Both the position numbers and the translations under genes were made by a program. From the NCBI GenBank assembly GCA_963812375.1, contig CAWEUW010000007.1:225856-289855 (forward strand): DNA of 64,000 bases, read 5' to 3'. The notes beneath the pieces are model-generated. The model was given only the letters and a program-made list of their open reading frames with translations, was not told the DNA's origin and made no database searches. Within the stretch, counting starts at the first letter, position 1; every line of letters begins with the position of its first letter. This document shows positions 1-9,928 of this stretch, in pieces. Source of the stretch: an uncultured Acidimicrobiia bacterium (GTDB taxonomy: Bacteria > Actinomycetota > Acidimicrobiia > Spongiisociales > UBA5794).

Positions 1-482
1 GCAAGTACCTGGAGGACCTGGTCGACGCCAAGCCGACCGACTTCTGCATCGGCGTCGGCGGCTACCCCGAGAAGCACGTCGAGGCGCCCAATCTCGCCTG
101 GGACATCGCCAACCTGAGACGCAAGGTCGACTCCGGCGCCGACTACGTCGTCACCCAGATGTTCTTCGACAACCGGCATTACTTCCGGTTCGTCGAAGAG
201 TGCCGGGCGGTGGGGATCACGGTGCCGATCGTCCCCGGGCTCAAGATCCTCGCCACCAGGAACCACCTCCAGTCGCTCCCCCGCACCTTCGGGGCCGAGA
301 TCCCCGAGGCGCTGGCCGACGAAGTCCTGAAGGTCGACACCAACGCCCAAGCGGCCGACGTGGGGGTGGCCTGGGCGAGGGAGCAATCGGCCGAACTGCT
401 CGCCAACGGGGTTCCCGGCATCCACTTCTACATCATGAGCACCGCAACCAACGTGGTGCGGGTGATCGACGGGCTCCGGTGA
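1..482 (+). CDS. metF: 5,10-methylenetetrahydrofolate reductase, C-terminal part (5' end lies outside window)
   Basis: Frame-3 translation KYLEDLVDAKPTDFCIGVGGYPEKHVEAPNLAWDIANLRRKVDSGADYVVTQMFFDNRHYFRFVEECRAVGITVPIVPGLKIL...GVPGIHFYIMSTA is a typical MTHFR C-terminus; stop at 480-482. Confidence 0.8.
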   Translation, partial: KYLEDLVDAKPTDFCIGVGGYPEKHVEAPNLAWDIANLRRKVDSGADYVVTQMFFDNRHYFRFVEECRAVGITVPIVPGLKILATRNHLQSLPRTFGAEIPEALADEVLKVDTNAQAADVGVAWAREQSAELLANGVPGIHFYIMSTATNVVRVIDGLR

Positions 483-495
483 CCGGCGCAGCCTC

Positions 496-2193
496 CTAGC
501 CGGCCTGCGCCCAGGCGGACACCAACCGGTCGAGGGTGCCCAGCGGGATCGAGCCGGAGCCCAACACCGTGTCGTGGAAGCCCTTGATGTCGAAGCCGTC
601 GCCCATCGCCTCCATCGCCTCGGCCCGCATCCGCAGGATCTCCAGCCGGCCGACCATGTACCCGCACGCCTGGCCAGGCATGCCGATGTAGCGGTCGATC
701 TCGGCCTCGATCATCGCCAGCGACATCGGCGAGTTGGCGGCGAAGTAGTCGATCGCCTGCTGCCGGCTCCAGCCGAGGGCATGCAGGCCGGTGTCGACGA
801 CGAGCCTGCTGGCCCGCATCGAGTCGGCGGACAGCATGCCGATCCGCTCCATCGAGCCGGAGTAGAGCCCCATCTCGTCTGCGAGGCGCTCGGTGTAGAG
901 GCCCCATCCCTCGGCATAGGCATTGAGATGGGTGTGCCTGCGGAACGGGGCGATGTTGTCGAGCTCCCCGGCGATCGCCAGCTGCAGGTGATGGCCCGGG
1001 ATGCCCTCGTGGTACGACATGGCCTCCACCTCGTAGCGGTGCCAGCCGGCCGGGTTCGAGGTGTTGATGAAGTAGGTGCCGGGCCGGCTGCCGTCGGCGG
1101 CGGGCGGGTAGTAGAAGGCGAGCGGGCCCACCGGCGTCTCCCGGACCACGCACTCGGCCTTGGGGAGGCGCCCGAACCAGTCGCCCATGGCGGCGCCCGC
1201 CTTGGCCAGCGCCCGCTCGGAGGCGGCCACGATCGACGGCCCGTCTTCGAAGAGGAGGCTGGCGTCGGAGCGAAGCCTGGAGAAGATCTCGTCGAGATCG
1301 TCGGTGTCCAGCACCTCGCTCCCCAGCTCCCGGTACTCGTCGGCGAGGCGAGCGATCTGTCCGAGGCCGATGTCGTGGATCTGCTGTGCGGTCAGGTCGG
1401 TGGACGTGTGGCGGTGGAGCAGCACCCGGTAGGCGTCCTCGCCGCCGTCCAGCCAGCACAAGCCGGGTTGCTCCTCCGGCCGGGCGACCGGTGCCACGGT
1501 CTCGGCGACGACGTGCCGGAACTCGGCCCATGCCGGTCGCACCTCGCGCTCCACGACCCCGGCGAGGCTGGTCGACCACTCCGCGACCTCGTCCTCCGAC
1601 ATCGTCGGCGGCGGTTTGATGCCGAGCAACGGGTCGTCGGGCAGGTCGGATGCGAGGTAGGCGTCGAGTTGCCCGACGGTGAGGTCACACGTGTACCGCG
1701 GCGGGGTTCGCCCGGCGTCGACCCCCTCGACCAGACGCTGCGCCGACTGCCGGATCCACCGGCCCAGCGCAGTGAACTTGGGCATCATGGCGGCAGCGTG
1801 TGCCGGCTCGACGAGGGGAAGCTGCTGGACGAACACTGGCACGTCGACCTGGATGCCGATGGCGTGGTTGACGGCGATCTCGGCCAGGCGGAGGCCGAGG
1901 ACGTCGGCGTTGGTGCCGGCCTCGAAGCAGAGCAGGTCCCGGGCGACCGCCTCGTCGGCGGTCAGGTCGCCCGGGTCGATCGATTGGGCCTTGGCGGAGA
2001 ATTCGCCCAGTGCCGAGATGGCGCTGTCCTCGAACGCGCGGGAGGCGTCTTCCATCTCCTCGTCGAACCGATGGTCGCCCAGCAATAGGGCGTAGGTGGG
2101 CTGCCGCGCCAGCTCGTAGTCCCAGTACTCGTCACCGAGCCGTTCCAACTCCTCGCTTGGCACGCATCCTCCCGGGTCGGCTGCCCGGCACAC
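496..2193 (-). CDS. DUF885 family protein (putative zinc metallopeptidase)
   Basis: 565-aa uninterrupted ORF carrying the characteristic HEGIPGHHLQ motif and DUF885-like N-terminal region; convergent with metF. Confidence 0.8.
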   Translation of the reverse strand: MCRAADPGGCVPSEELERLGDEYWDYELARQPTYALLLGDHRFDEEMEDASRAFEDSAISALGEFSAKAQSIDPGDLTADEAVARDLLCFEAGTNADVLGLRLAEIAVNHAIGIQVDVPVFVQQLPLVEPAHAAAMMPKFTALGRWIRQSAQRLVEGVDAGRTPPRYTCDLTVGQLDAYLASDLPDDPLLGIKPPPTMSEDEVAEWSTSLAGVVEREVRPAWAEFRHVVAETVAPVARPEEQPGLCWLDGGEDAYRVLLHRHTSTDLTAQQIHDIGLGQIARLADEYRELGSEVLDTDDLDEIFSRLRSDASLLFEDGPSIVAASERALAKAGAAMGDWFGRLPKAECVVRETPVGPLAFYYPPAADGSRPGTYFINTSNPAGWHRYEVEAMSYHEGIPGHHLQLAIAGELDNIAPFRRHTHLNAYAEGWGLYTERLADEMGLYSGSMERIGMLSADSMRASRLVVDTGLHALGWSRQQAIDYFAANSPMSLAMIEAEIDRYIGMPGQACGYMVGRLEILRMRAEAMEAMGDGFDIKGFHDTVLGSGSIPLGTLDRLVSAWAQAG

Positions 2194-2480
2194 TACGGGT
2201 TCTTACCTTGGCCGAGTCCGGCGTTCAGCTGCTCACGGCCCACGGTGGGGTTGGGGCCCCATCTATGGGAGGAGGCGAGCGACGCTCGCCGGGTGTTTCA
2301 AACCAGTCCGGAAGCATGACGGCCGCCGTGGGGTCGGGGCCCCACGTGCGGAGGAGGGCCGACCAGCGTCTGTTCGGCGCCTGTGTCATTGTGACTGTGC
2401 CGCCGAAGTCGGCCCGGGAGAGAAACGGTCCCTCCCCGGGAAGGGGGGGTCGGGGAGGGACCGTCGCTCGACCTGTCTGC

Positions 2481-3390
2481 CTACCGGTCCTCGCAGCCGA
2501 CCTCGCCGGGGAGCAGCGGGCGGGGCAGGAGCTGGATCTCCTCGGTGCCGGTGTCCCAGACGGTCGCCTGGGTGGCGTCGCCGAAGACCTCGGCGGCCGC
2601 CGCCGCGTCGGGGCCCTCGAGGATGGTGCAGGGGAGCCCGAAGCTGGTGTGCTCGAAGTCGGCGACGGCGACTTCGAGCGGGTAGGGCCGCACGTCCGGC
2701 GGTAGGCCGGTGTCGCCACCCGGGATGAAGTCGCCGTTCACCACCACCTGCCACCGATCGGAGGAATAGGGCTCGCCTGGTTCTCCCGAGAACGATGCGT
2801 CCTGCAGGGTGAGCATCAGGTCGTTGAGCGCCACCACCTTGGGGTCGCCTGTCTCTGCTTCCGGGTTGAACCCGAGGGCGTACACGCCGTACCGGTGGGT
2901 GCCGTTCTCGTCGAAGTAGGTGAGCACCGTCGTCGAGGCATCGGCCACGTTGCCCGCCGCCTGGTCGTCGATCTCCTCAGTGATGTCGGCGATGCCGATC
3001 CGGTCGAGGATCTCCTGAAGGTCGGGAAGCAGGTCGGCGACGTCCTTGGCCTCATAGGGGGGGACCAGCGGGCCCGGGAAGATCTCGGGTATGGCACCCT
3101 GATAGATGAGCTGGCCGTCGGTGGTCACCGTCGTAAGCAGGCCCCAGCGAGGCGAGCAGGGTCGGGGTCGAGAAACCCCCCTCGTACGTGATCATGAACA
3201 GCGGCTGGCCGGCATCGCCTCCGGCGCCGGACGTGGTGGGGTCGGGAGGGGCAGTCGTGCCGCCGCCATCGGTAGCGCCGCCGTCGTCTGAGCCGCTTGC
3301 GACGTCACCGCCACCACAGGCGGCCGCCACGAGGAGGAGTGCCAGCGATCCGGCGACGAGCCTGAGGGGGGATGTGCGTGCTGATGTCAT
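2481..3390 (-). CDS. hypothetical secreted lipoprotein; reading frame broken around 3050-3130
   Basis: ATG at 3390 gives MTSARTSPLRLVAGSLALLLVAAACGGG (signal peptide + lipobox). The protein continues in another frame as ORF 2481..3128 (GQLIYQGAIPEIFPGPLVPPYEAKD...). Confidence 0.45.
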
Positions 3391-3446
3391 GGCGCTTCGA
3401 CGGAGGCGGGCCGCGGTCCGGTTCCCGACTTCGGGGCCCGGTGCCG

Positions 3447-4689
3447 TCACCCCTGTCCGAAAGCGCCCCCTCGCCTCACCACCAGGTCGCCGTCGATGTC
3501 TGCCACCCGGCGGCATCCGATGAGCGCCATCGTCCGCTTCATGTCCGAAGCGAGCAGCTGCATGACGTGGTCCACCCCCGCCTCACCGGCGGCGCCGAGA
3601 CCGTAGAGGTAGGCGCGGCCGACCATGCAGGCATCGGCGCCCAGGGCGACCGCCTTGACGACGTCGCTCCCCCGCCGCACCCCGCCGTCGCAGATGATCT
3701 CGACCCGTCCCCCGACGGCATCGGCGACTCGCGGGACCAGGTCGAGGGGTGCCGGCGCCGAGTCGAGCTGCCGGCCCCCGTGGTTGGAGAGGGCGATCGC
3801 CTCCACGCCGTTGTCGGCGGCGATGAACGCATCGGCGACGGTCTGGATCCCCTTGAGGACAATCGGCCCTTTCCACCGTTCCCGGAACCAGGCGACGTCG
3901 TCCCAGGACAGCCCGGGGTCGAACTGCCGGCCCACGTACTCGGCCAGGCTGATGGCCTGCGCCCCGTCGCCGACGCCGAGGCCGGCAACGTTGGCGAACA
4001 AGATGGGATCCGACCGGACGAACCTCCAGGCCCATCCGGGGTGGATCGCCCCGTCGAGCAGCGTGGAGAGCCCCACCTTGGGCGGCAGGGTGAAGCCGCG
4101 CCGCACGTCCCGTTCCCTGCGCCCGAGCACCGCGGTGTCCACGGTGATGCACAGCGCCTCGTAGCCGGCTGCGGCGGCCCGCTCGACCAGCTCGGCGACC
4201 AGCCCCCGGTCGCGCCACACGTACACCTGGAACCAGAGACGATCCGACCCGACGGCGGCCACCTCCTCGATCGAGCGCGTCCCCAACGTCGACAGGGCAT
4301 AGGGCACCCCGGCCCGCGCCGCCGCCCGGGCCACGGCCAGCTCCCCAGGAGGGTCGGCAATGCGGGTGAAGCCGGTCGGGGCGAGCACGACCGGCATCGC
4401 CAGCGGCTTGCCCAGCAGCGTCGAGGAGATATCGACCTCGCCGACATCTCGCAGCACCCGGGGGGCGAACTCGACCTTGCGGAACGCAGCGACGTTCGAG
4501 GCCAGGGTCAACTCGTCCTCTGCTCCCCCGTCGATGTAGTCGAAGACGCCCCGGGGCAGCCGGCGCCGGGCGATCCGCCTCAGGTCGGCGACCGACGCCG
4601 CCCGTCCGCAGCCGGCGCTTCACCGGGTCGAGCTCGAACTTGCGGAGGTCGATCACCCCGAGAGCGCCGAGACGGCTCCGTATGGTCAT
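3447..4689 (-). CDS. FMN-dependent alpha-hydroxy-acid dehydrogenase (L-lactate dehydrogenase / glycolate oxidase family); apparent frameshift near 4570
   Basis: C-terminal 354 aa contain ...VLKGIQTVADA...SNHGGRQLD.... The N-terminus MTIRSRLGALGVIDLRKFELDPVKRRL (frame of ORF 3583..4689) joins the ADLRRIARRRLPRGVFDYIDGGAEDELTL frame after a 1-bp shift. The N-terminal arrangement resembles mycobacterial LldD2. Confidence 0.8.
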
Positions 4690-4780
4690 CCTCGGCTCAC
4701 CGGGCCCAGGCTAGGTCGGAAGGGCGGGCGAGCCCCGGTCGAGCGGGCGTGGCCTGGCATCGGTTGCCCTCGGCTGGTCG

Positions 4781-4797
4781 TGTGATGTAGTGTCACA
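4781..4797. promoter_or_regulatory. candidate CRP/GlxR-like palindromic site TGTGA-N7-TCACA in the divergent lldD-like / rhaT promoter region
   Basis: TGTGAtgtagtgTCACA sits inside a locally AT-richer stretch (gtgtgatgtagtgtcacatattacac) between divergent start codons at 4689 and 4925. The spacer is 7 rather than the canonical 6. Confidence 0.25.
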
Positions 4798-4924
4798 TAT
4801 TACACGGATGAACGTCGGGCCACCGGGCCGGCACGACGTCCGACGAGGGAGGAGCCGGCGTGACACGAGGTCGCCCGGAGCATCACACCCCAAGCCGGCC
4901 GGTGCCGCCGAACGGTGCCCGACG

Positions 4925-6430
4925 GTGACGTCACCGGAGAGCTCGCCCGGGCCGGTGTTGCGGATCGAGGGGCGTCTCCAAGCGCTTCGACGCCACCCAG
5001 GCGCTCGACGACGTGTCACTCGACCTCTACCCCGGCGAGGTCCACGGCATCGCCGGCGAGAACGGGGCCGGCAAGTCGACGCTGATCAAGATCATGACCG
5101 GCATCCATCCGGCCGACACCGGATCGATGACCATGGCCGGTGAGCCGTACGCCCCGCACAGCTCCGCCGAGGCTCAGCGCCACGGGGTGGCGGCCATCTA
5201 CCAGGAGCCGTCGATCTTCCCCGACCTCAGCGTCGCCGAGAACATCTTCATCGGGCACGAGGACCAGGGCTGGCTGGTCGACTTCGGCACGATGTACGCC
5301 GAGGCGGAGCGCCTCCTCACCGACCTCGACATCACCGTCAACCCCCGGCTGCCGGCGTCGGGCCTCACCGTCGGCGGGCAGCAGGCGGTGGAGATCGCCA
5401 AGGCGATCTCGCTCGACGTGCGGGTGCTGATCATGGACGAGCCGACCGCCTCGCTCTCCGCCCACGAGGTGGAGCGGCTGTTCCGCCAGGTCCGCCGGCT
5501 GCGCCAGTCCGGGGTGGCCGTGGTCTTCATCACCCACCGGCTCGAGGAGCTGTTCGTCATCGCCGACCGCATCTCGGTCTTCCGCGACGGGCGACGCATC
5601 TCGACCCGGTCGACCTCGGAGGTCACCGAGGAGTCGCTGGTCAGGGAGATGGTGGGCCGCGACCCCAGCGACTTCTTCTCCCGGGTCCACCAAGACCCTG
5701 GCGAGGTGCGACTGGAGGTGGACTCGCTGGGACGGGACGGCGTGTTCTCCGACGTCTCCTTCGACCTACGCGGCGGCGAGGTGCTCGGCTTCGCCGGCCT
5801 GGTGGGATCGGGTCGCACCGACATAGGTCTGGCCTTGTTCGGGGTGGCGCCGGCCAGCGAGGGGTCGGTCCGGCTCGACGGCAAGCCGGTGACCATCAAG
5901 TCGCCCCGCCAGGCGCTGGAGTTGGGGATCGCCTACCTCTCCGAGGACCGGCGCAAGCTCGGCCTGTCGATGTCGCAACCGGTCGCCGCCAACATCACCC
6001 TGGCAACCCTCGACCGGTACACCAACGGTCTGGGCCTGCTCGAGCGGGCCAAGGAGCGCGCCGACGCCGACGCCATGGGCAAGCGGCTGGACATCCGGAC
6101 GCCGAGCATGGCGACCCCGGTCGGCCTGCTCTCGGGCGGCAATCAGCAGAAGACGATGCTCGCCAAGTGGCTGAACGCCTCCCCCGGGGTGCTGATCCTC
6201 GACGAGCCCACCCGCGGGATCGACGTCGGCGCCAAGGCGGACGTGCATCGCTTCATCGACGAGCTCGCTCGCTCGGGGATCGCCATCATCCTCATCTCGT
6301 CCGACCTCCCCGAGGTCCTGGCGATGAGCGATCGAGTGGCGGTGCTGCGCGAGGGCCGGCTGCGGGCGATCTTCGACCGGACCGAAGCCACCGAGGAGAC
6401 GGGTCATGACCACCGCGGTGGGGGCCGCAT
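4925..6430 (+). CDS. rhaT: sugar (rhamnose-type) ABC transporter ATP-binding protein with duplicated ATPase domains; two 1-bp frameshifts (~4968, ~6410)
   Basis: Walker [10 protein letters not shown], signature LSGGNQQK and a second ATPase half. The N-terminus [16 protein letters not shown]|[23 protein letters not shown] needs removal of one G in a GGGG run. The C-terminus ...[12 protein letters not shown] is restored by removing one G in acgggtc. The stop overlaps the next ATG (ATGA). Confidence 0.75.
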
Positions 6431-7536
6431 GACCCAGCAGGCAACGACCGAGCGCGGTAGCCATCGCCGGCACCAGCACCTGGCTCCGGCCGGACCGGGT
6501 CAAGGAGCTGACGCTCCTCGGACTGATCGTGGTGGCGGTGCTGGTGTTCTCGCTGCTGGTCGACGACTACCTGAGCGGGCAGTCGTTCGTGAGGATCACC
6601 ACCACGGTGGCGATCGTGGCCATCCTCGCCGTCGCCCAGGGGCTGGTGATCATCAGCCGCAACATCGACCTGTCCGTCGGGTCGATCGTCGGGGTGGCCG
6701 CTTACCTCACCGGCGACTTCCTCGGCGCCTACCAGGGTGCCGGCCCGGTGGTGGCCATCGTGGTGGCGATGGTGGTCGGGGCGATCCTGGGATCGGTCAA
6801 CGGCGCGCTCGTCGCCTACGGAGGGGTGCCGGCGATCATCGTCACCCTGGGCACACTGGCCGGGTTCCGCACCCTGCTCAGCCTCTATTCGGGCGGCGTC
6901 AACATCACCGCCGCCTCGCTCCCCGATTGGGTGCTCGAGTTCTACAACCTCACCGTGTTCAACATCGGGGAGCTGGAGGTGCGCCTGGTATTCGTGATCG
7001 CCGTCGCCGTCGTCCTCGTCCTGCAGTGGATGCTGGGCCGGGTGCGCTGGGGGCGCCGGCTGTACGCCATCGGGTCGAACCCCGAAGCGGCTCACCAGGC
7101 GGGTCTCCCCGCCACGCGTCTGGTGTTCTGGTCGTTCGTCGGCTGCGGCGCCCTCGCCGGGCTGGCCGGCTTCCTGTACATGGCCAGGGTGGGGACGATC
7201 AGCGCCACCGCCGGTGCCGGGCTCGAGCTGGAGTCGGTGGCCGCCGCCGTGGTCGGAGGGGTGAGCATCCTCGGCGGCGCCGGCACCATGGTGGGTGCGC
7301 TCCTGGGGGCGATCCTGCTCGACACGCTCCGCCTCGGACTGTTGCGGGTCCCCGGCGTCAGCGAGTTCTGGCGCGACGCCTTCCTCGGTGTCCTCATCCT
7401 GGCTGCGGTCATCCTCGACGCCGCCCTGCACCGCCGTTTCGCCCGCCGCTGGTCGGCGGAGGCCAGGCGGGCTGCCGAGGACACCGGTACCCCGGTGGTG
7501 GCCGGGATGCACACCCTCGCCGGCGGGGGTGAGTCG
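6427..7536 (+). CDS. rhaP: ABC transporter permease (first of two), frame disrupted at N-terminus
   Basis: Multi-TM permease sequence [60 protein letters not shown].... The ATG overlaps the rhaT stop, but a frame change is needed within the first ~30 codons. No stop codon separates it from the second permease. Confidence 0.55.
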
Positions 7537-8614
7537 ATGGGTGACTGGGCCCGGGCGCATCGGTGGGAGGTCGTGTTGCTGGTGGTGCTGGCCGCCACCA
7601 TCGTGGTCAACGTGGCGCTGTCGCCCTTCTACTGGGGCGGTGGGAACTTCGTCAACCTGTTCTGGCTGTCGGCGGAGAAGATCATCGTCGTCGTCGCCAT
7701 GACCTTCGTCATCATCAACGGCGAGATCGACCTATCGGTGGCGTCGGTGATGGGTTTCAGCGCCGCCGTCCTCGCCTCGCTCCACGCCGGCGGGTCGGTG
7801 CCCTTCTGGCTGGCCATCGTCATCGCCCTGGTCGCCGCCGGGCTCGCCGGGGTGGTGCAGGGACTCGTGATCACCCGGTTTGGGCTGCCGTCGCTGGTGG
7901 TGACCCTGGCCGGGTTGATCGGGTTCCGGGGTGCCGCCCGGGTCCTCCTCGAAGACCGTTCGGTCGGCGAGTTCCCCGAGTGGTTCGACAGCCTAGGACA
8001 GCAGACGCTGGTGGGCCCGCTCCCCGTAGCGTTGGTGATCTTCGTGGTCGGGCTGGCGGTTGCCTGGATCACCCTCGGCCGAGGTGCATTCGGGCGCAAG
8101 GTCTACGTCAGCGGGGCCGGCGCCGACGTCGCCCGCTACTCCGGGCATCGACGTCTCCTGGCTCAAGCTCCGCCTCTTCATCATCTCCTCGCTGGCCGCC
8201 GGGCTGGCCGGGATCCTCTTCGCCGCCCGGCTCGGGTCGGTGCGGGGCAGCCTGGGCGAGTTCTTCGAGCTGGACATCATCACCATGGTCCTGCTCGGCG
8301 GGGTGAGCATCTTCGGCGGGTCGGGGACGATGCTCGGGGTGGCCCTGGCCATCTTCATCGTGCTCAACATCCGCAACGGCCTCGGACTGGCCAACGTCGA
8401 CGGGATCATCCAGACCGGTGTCATCGGTCTGCTCCTGATCGGGTCGGTGTTGGTCCCGAATATCGCCAGGCGAGTCCGCGATCGGCGCCCGGCGACGGAC
8501 ACGAACCCGCCGACGATTTCGTCGAGTGAATACCCAACGGAGGTGCCAAGCAACTGCAGATGTGATGTGAAGGAGAGCCGACCGAGAGAAGGAGACATCG
8601 TGCGACAGCGATAG
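7537..8614 (+). CDS. rhaQ: ABC transporter permease (second), frameshift ~8140
   Basis: [25 protein letters not shown]...[13 protein letters not shown]... continues after a 1-bp shift (extra G in tccggg) as [31 protein letters not shown]...[13 protein letters not shown]. Confidence 0.55.
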
Positions 8615-9797
8615 ACGACGCATCCCGGCGCCGTCGCCCTGGTGGTGCTGGCGATGAGTCGTAGCCGCATGTGGCGGTGGATGCGAGCCGACACGACCGA
8701 TCGCGAGGCGAGACACCACCGCTGCGGCGGCCACCACGCGTTGCCGCGGACACCACCGCAGCGGCGGACACCACGGTCGCGGCGGACCACCACGGCGGCG
8801 CCGGGAACCACGGTTGCGGCGGAAACCACCGTCGCTGCTGAAGGGCCGGTGAACATCAGCGGGGCGGATTCCATCACCGGTACGTTCCTTCCCAAGTGCA
8901 CCACCATCCTGTGTTCCCGCAGGCGAACGACGGCGCGGTCGAGGCAGCCGGAGAACTCGGCTCCGAACCCGACCGAATTCTCGGGCCCGCCGACTGCGGC
9001 GACGCGACGGCAGGATCGAGATCATGACCAACGCGGTCACCCAGAGCGTCGAGTCGATCATGGTGTCGAACAACGCGGGTGACAGCTGGCCCCGGCGGCG
9101 GCGGCCGCCGCCGGAGGCCGGCATCCCCGTGGTGAGCTGGGACTCGCCGATCCCATCGGCAGAGGGCGAGGCGTGTTCATCGCCCAGGTCGACTTCGACG
9201 GGACCGGCCAGGTGATGGCCGAGATGGCGCTCAGCATCCTGGGGGACGACGGTGGGCAGATGGCCATCCTGTCGGCGACCCCCGAGGCAGCGAACCAGAA
9301 CATCTGGATCGCCGCCATGGAGGAAGCTCTACCGATCCCGCAGTACGCCAACCTCGAGCTGGTCGACACCGTCTACGGCAACGACGTCCCGAGGACAGCC
9401 AGATCGCCGCAGCGGAGGCTCGCCGACGACACCCCGACCTGGAGCTGATCATGGCGCCGACGACCGTCGGCATCGTGGCGGCCGCCCAGGCGATGACCAA
9501 GCCGATGGATGTGAGCAGGTGAAGGTCTCCGGCCTGGGACTCCCCGACGAGATGGCGGAGTACGTCGAGAGCGGGTGCTCGCCGGAGTTCGCCTTGTGGA
9601 GCTTCGTCGACCTCGGCTACCTGGCCTACTACGTGGCGTACGGCATCGCCACCGGGCAGATCGAGGCGGCCGAGGGCCAGGCGTTCGTGGCCGGCCGGAT
9701 GGGTGAGTACGAGATCACCGCCGACCCGACCCGTGACGCCGGGCTGCGCGTGCTGATGGGCCCGTTCACCGTCTACAACGCCGACAACATCGGCTGA
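8591..9797 (+). pseudogene. rhaS: rhamnose ABC transporter substrate-binding lipoprotein, at least 6 frameshifts / one in-frame stop
   Basis: SD aaggaga + GTG 8591. Lipoprotein-signal fragments AVALVVLAMS / VVAACGGG. Then, spread over three frames: [242 protein letters not shown]. These match RhaS-type (TIGR02637-like) binding proteins. Confidence 0.65.
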
Positions 9798-9814
9798 TCG
9801 GCTGCCAGGGCCAT

Positions 9815-9841
9815 CCGGGCCGGGCCTTGCGCCCGGCCCGG
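9815..9841 (+). terminator. GC-rich hairpin (11-bp stem CCGGGCCGGGC/GCCCGGCCCGG, 5-nt loop) downstream of rhaS
   Basis: Perfect inverted repeat ccgggccgggc cttgc gcccggcccgg lies 18 bp after the rhaS stop. No U-tract, as is common in high-GC actinobacteria. Confidence 0.4.
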
Positions 9842-9928
9842 GTAGCCGGGCCAACCGCGAACGATCATGAGGATCCTACCATCGATCGCCCATCGGAGCC
9901 GGAGACGCCGGCGACCGGGAGGCGCACG

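Noticed and set aside
574-2088. 504-aa + strand ORF
   Set aside because: Antisense to the DUF885 gene. Arg/Gly/Pro-rich composition with no domain signature.
3372-4790. 472-aa + strand ORF and 3583..4689 minus-frame ORF
   Set aside because: Overlap the lldD-like gene. The minus-frame one contributes only its first ~40 codons (true N-terminus before the frameshift). The rest is out-of-frame.
6292-7560. 422-aa minus-strand ORF
   Set aside because: Antisense to rhaT/rhaP. His/Asp/Gly-rich nonsense.
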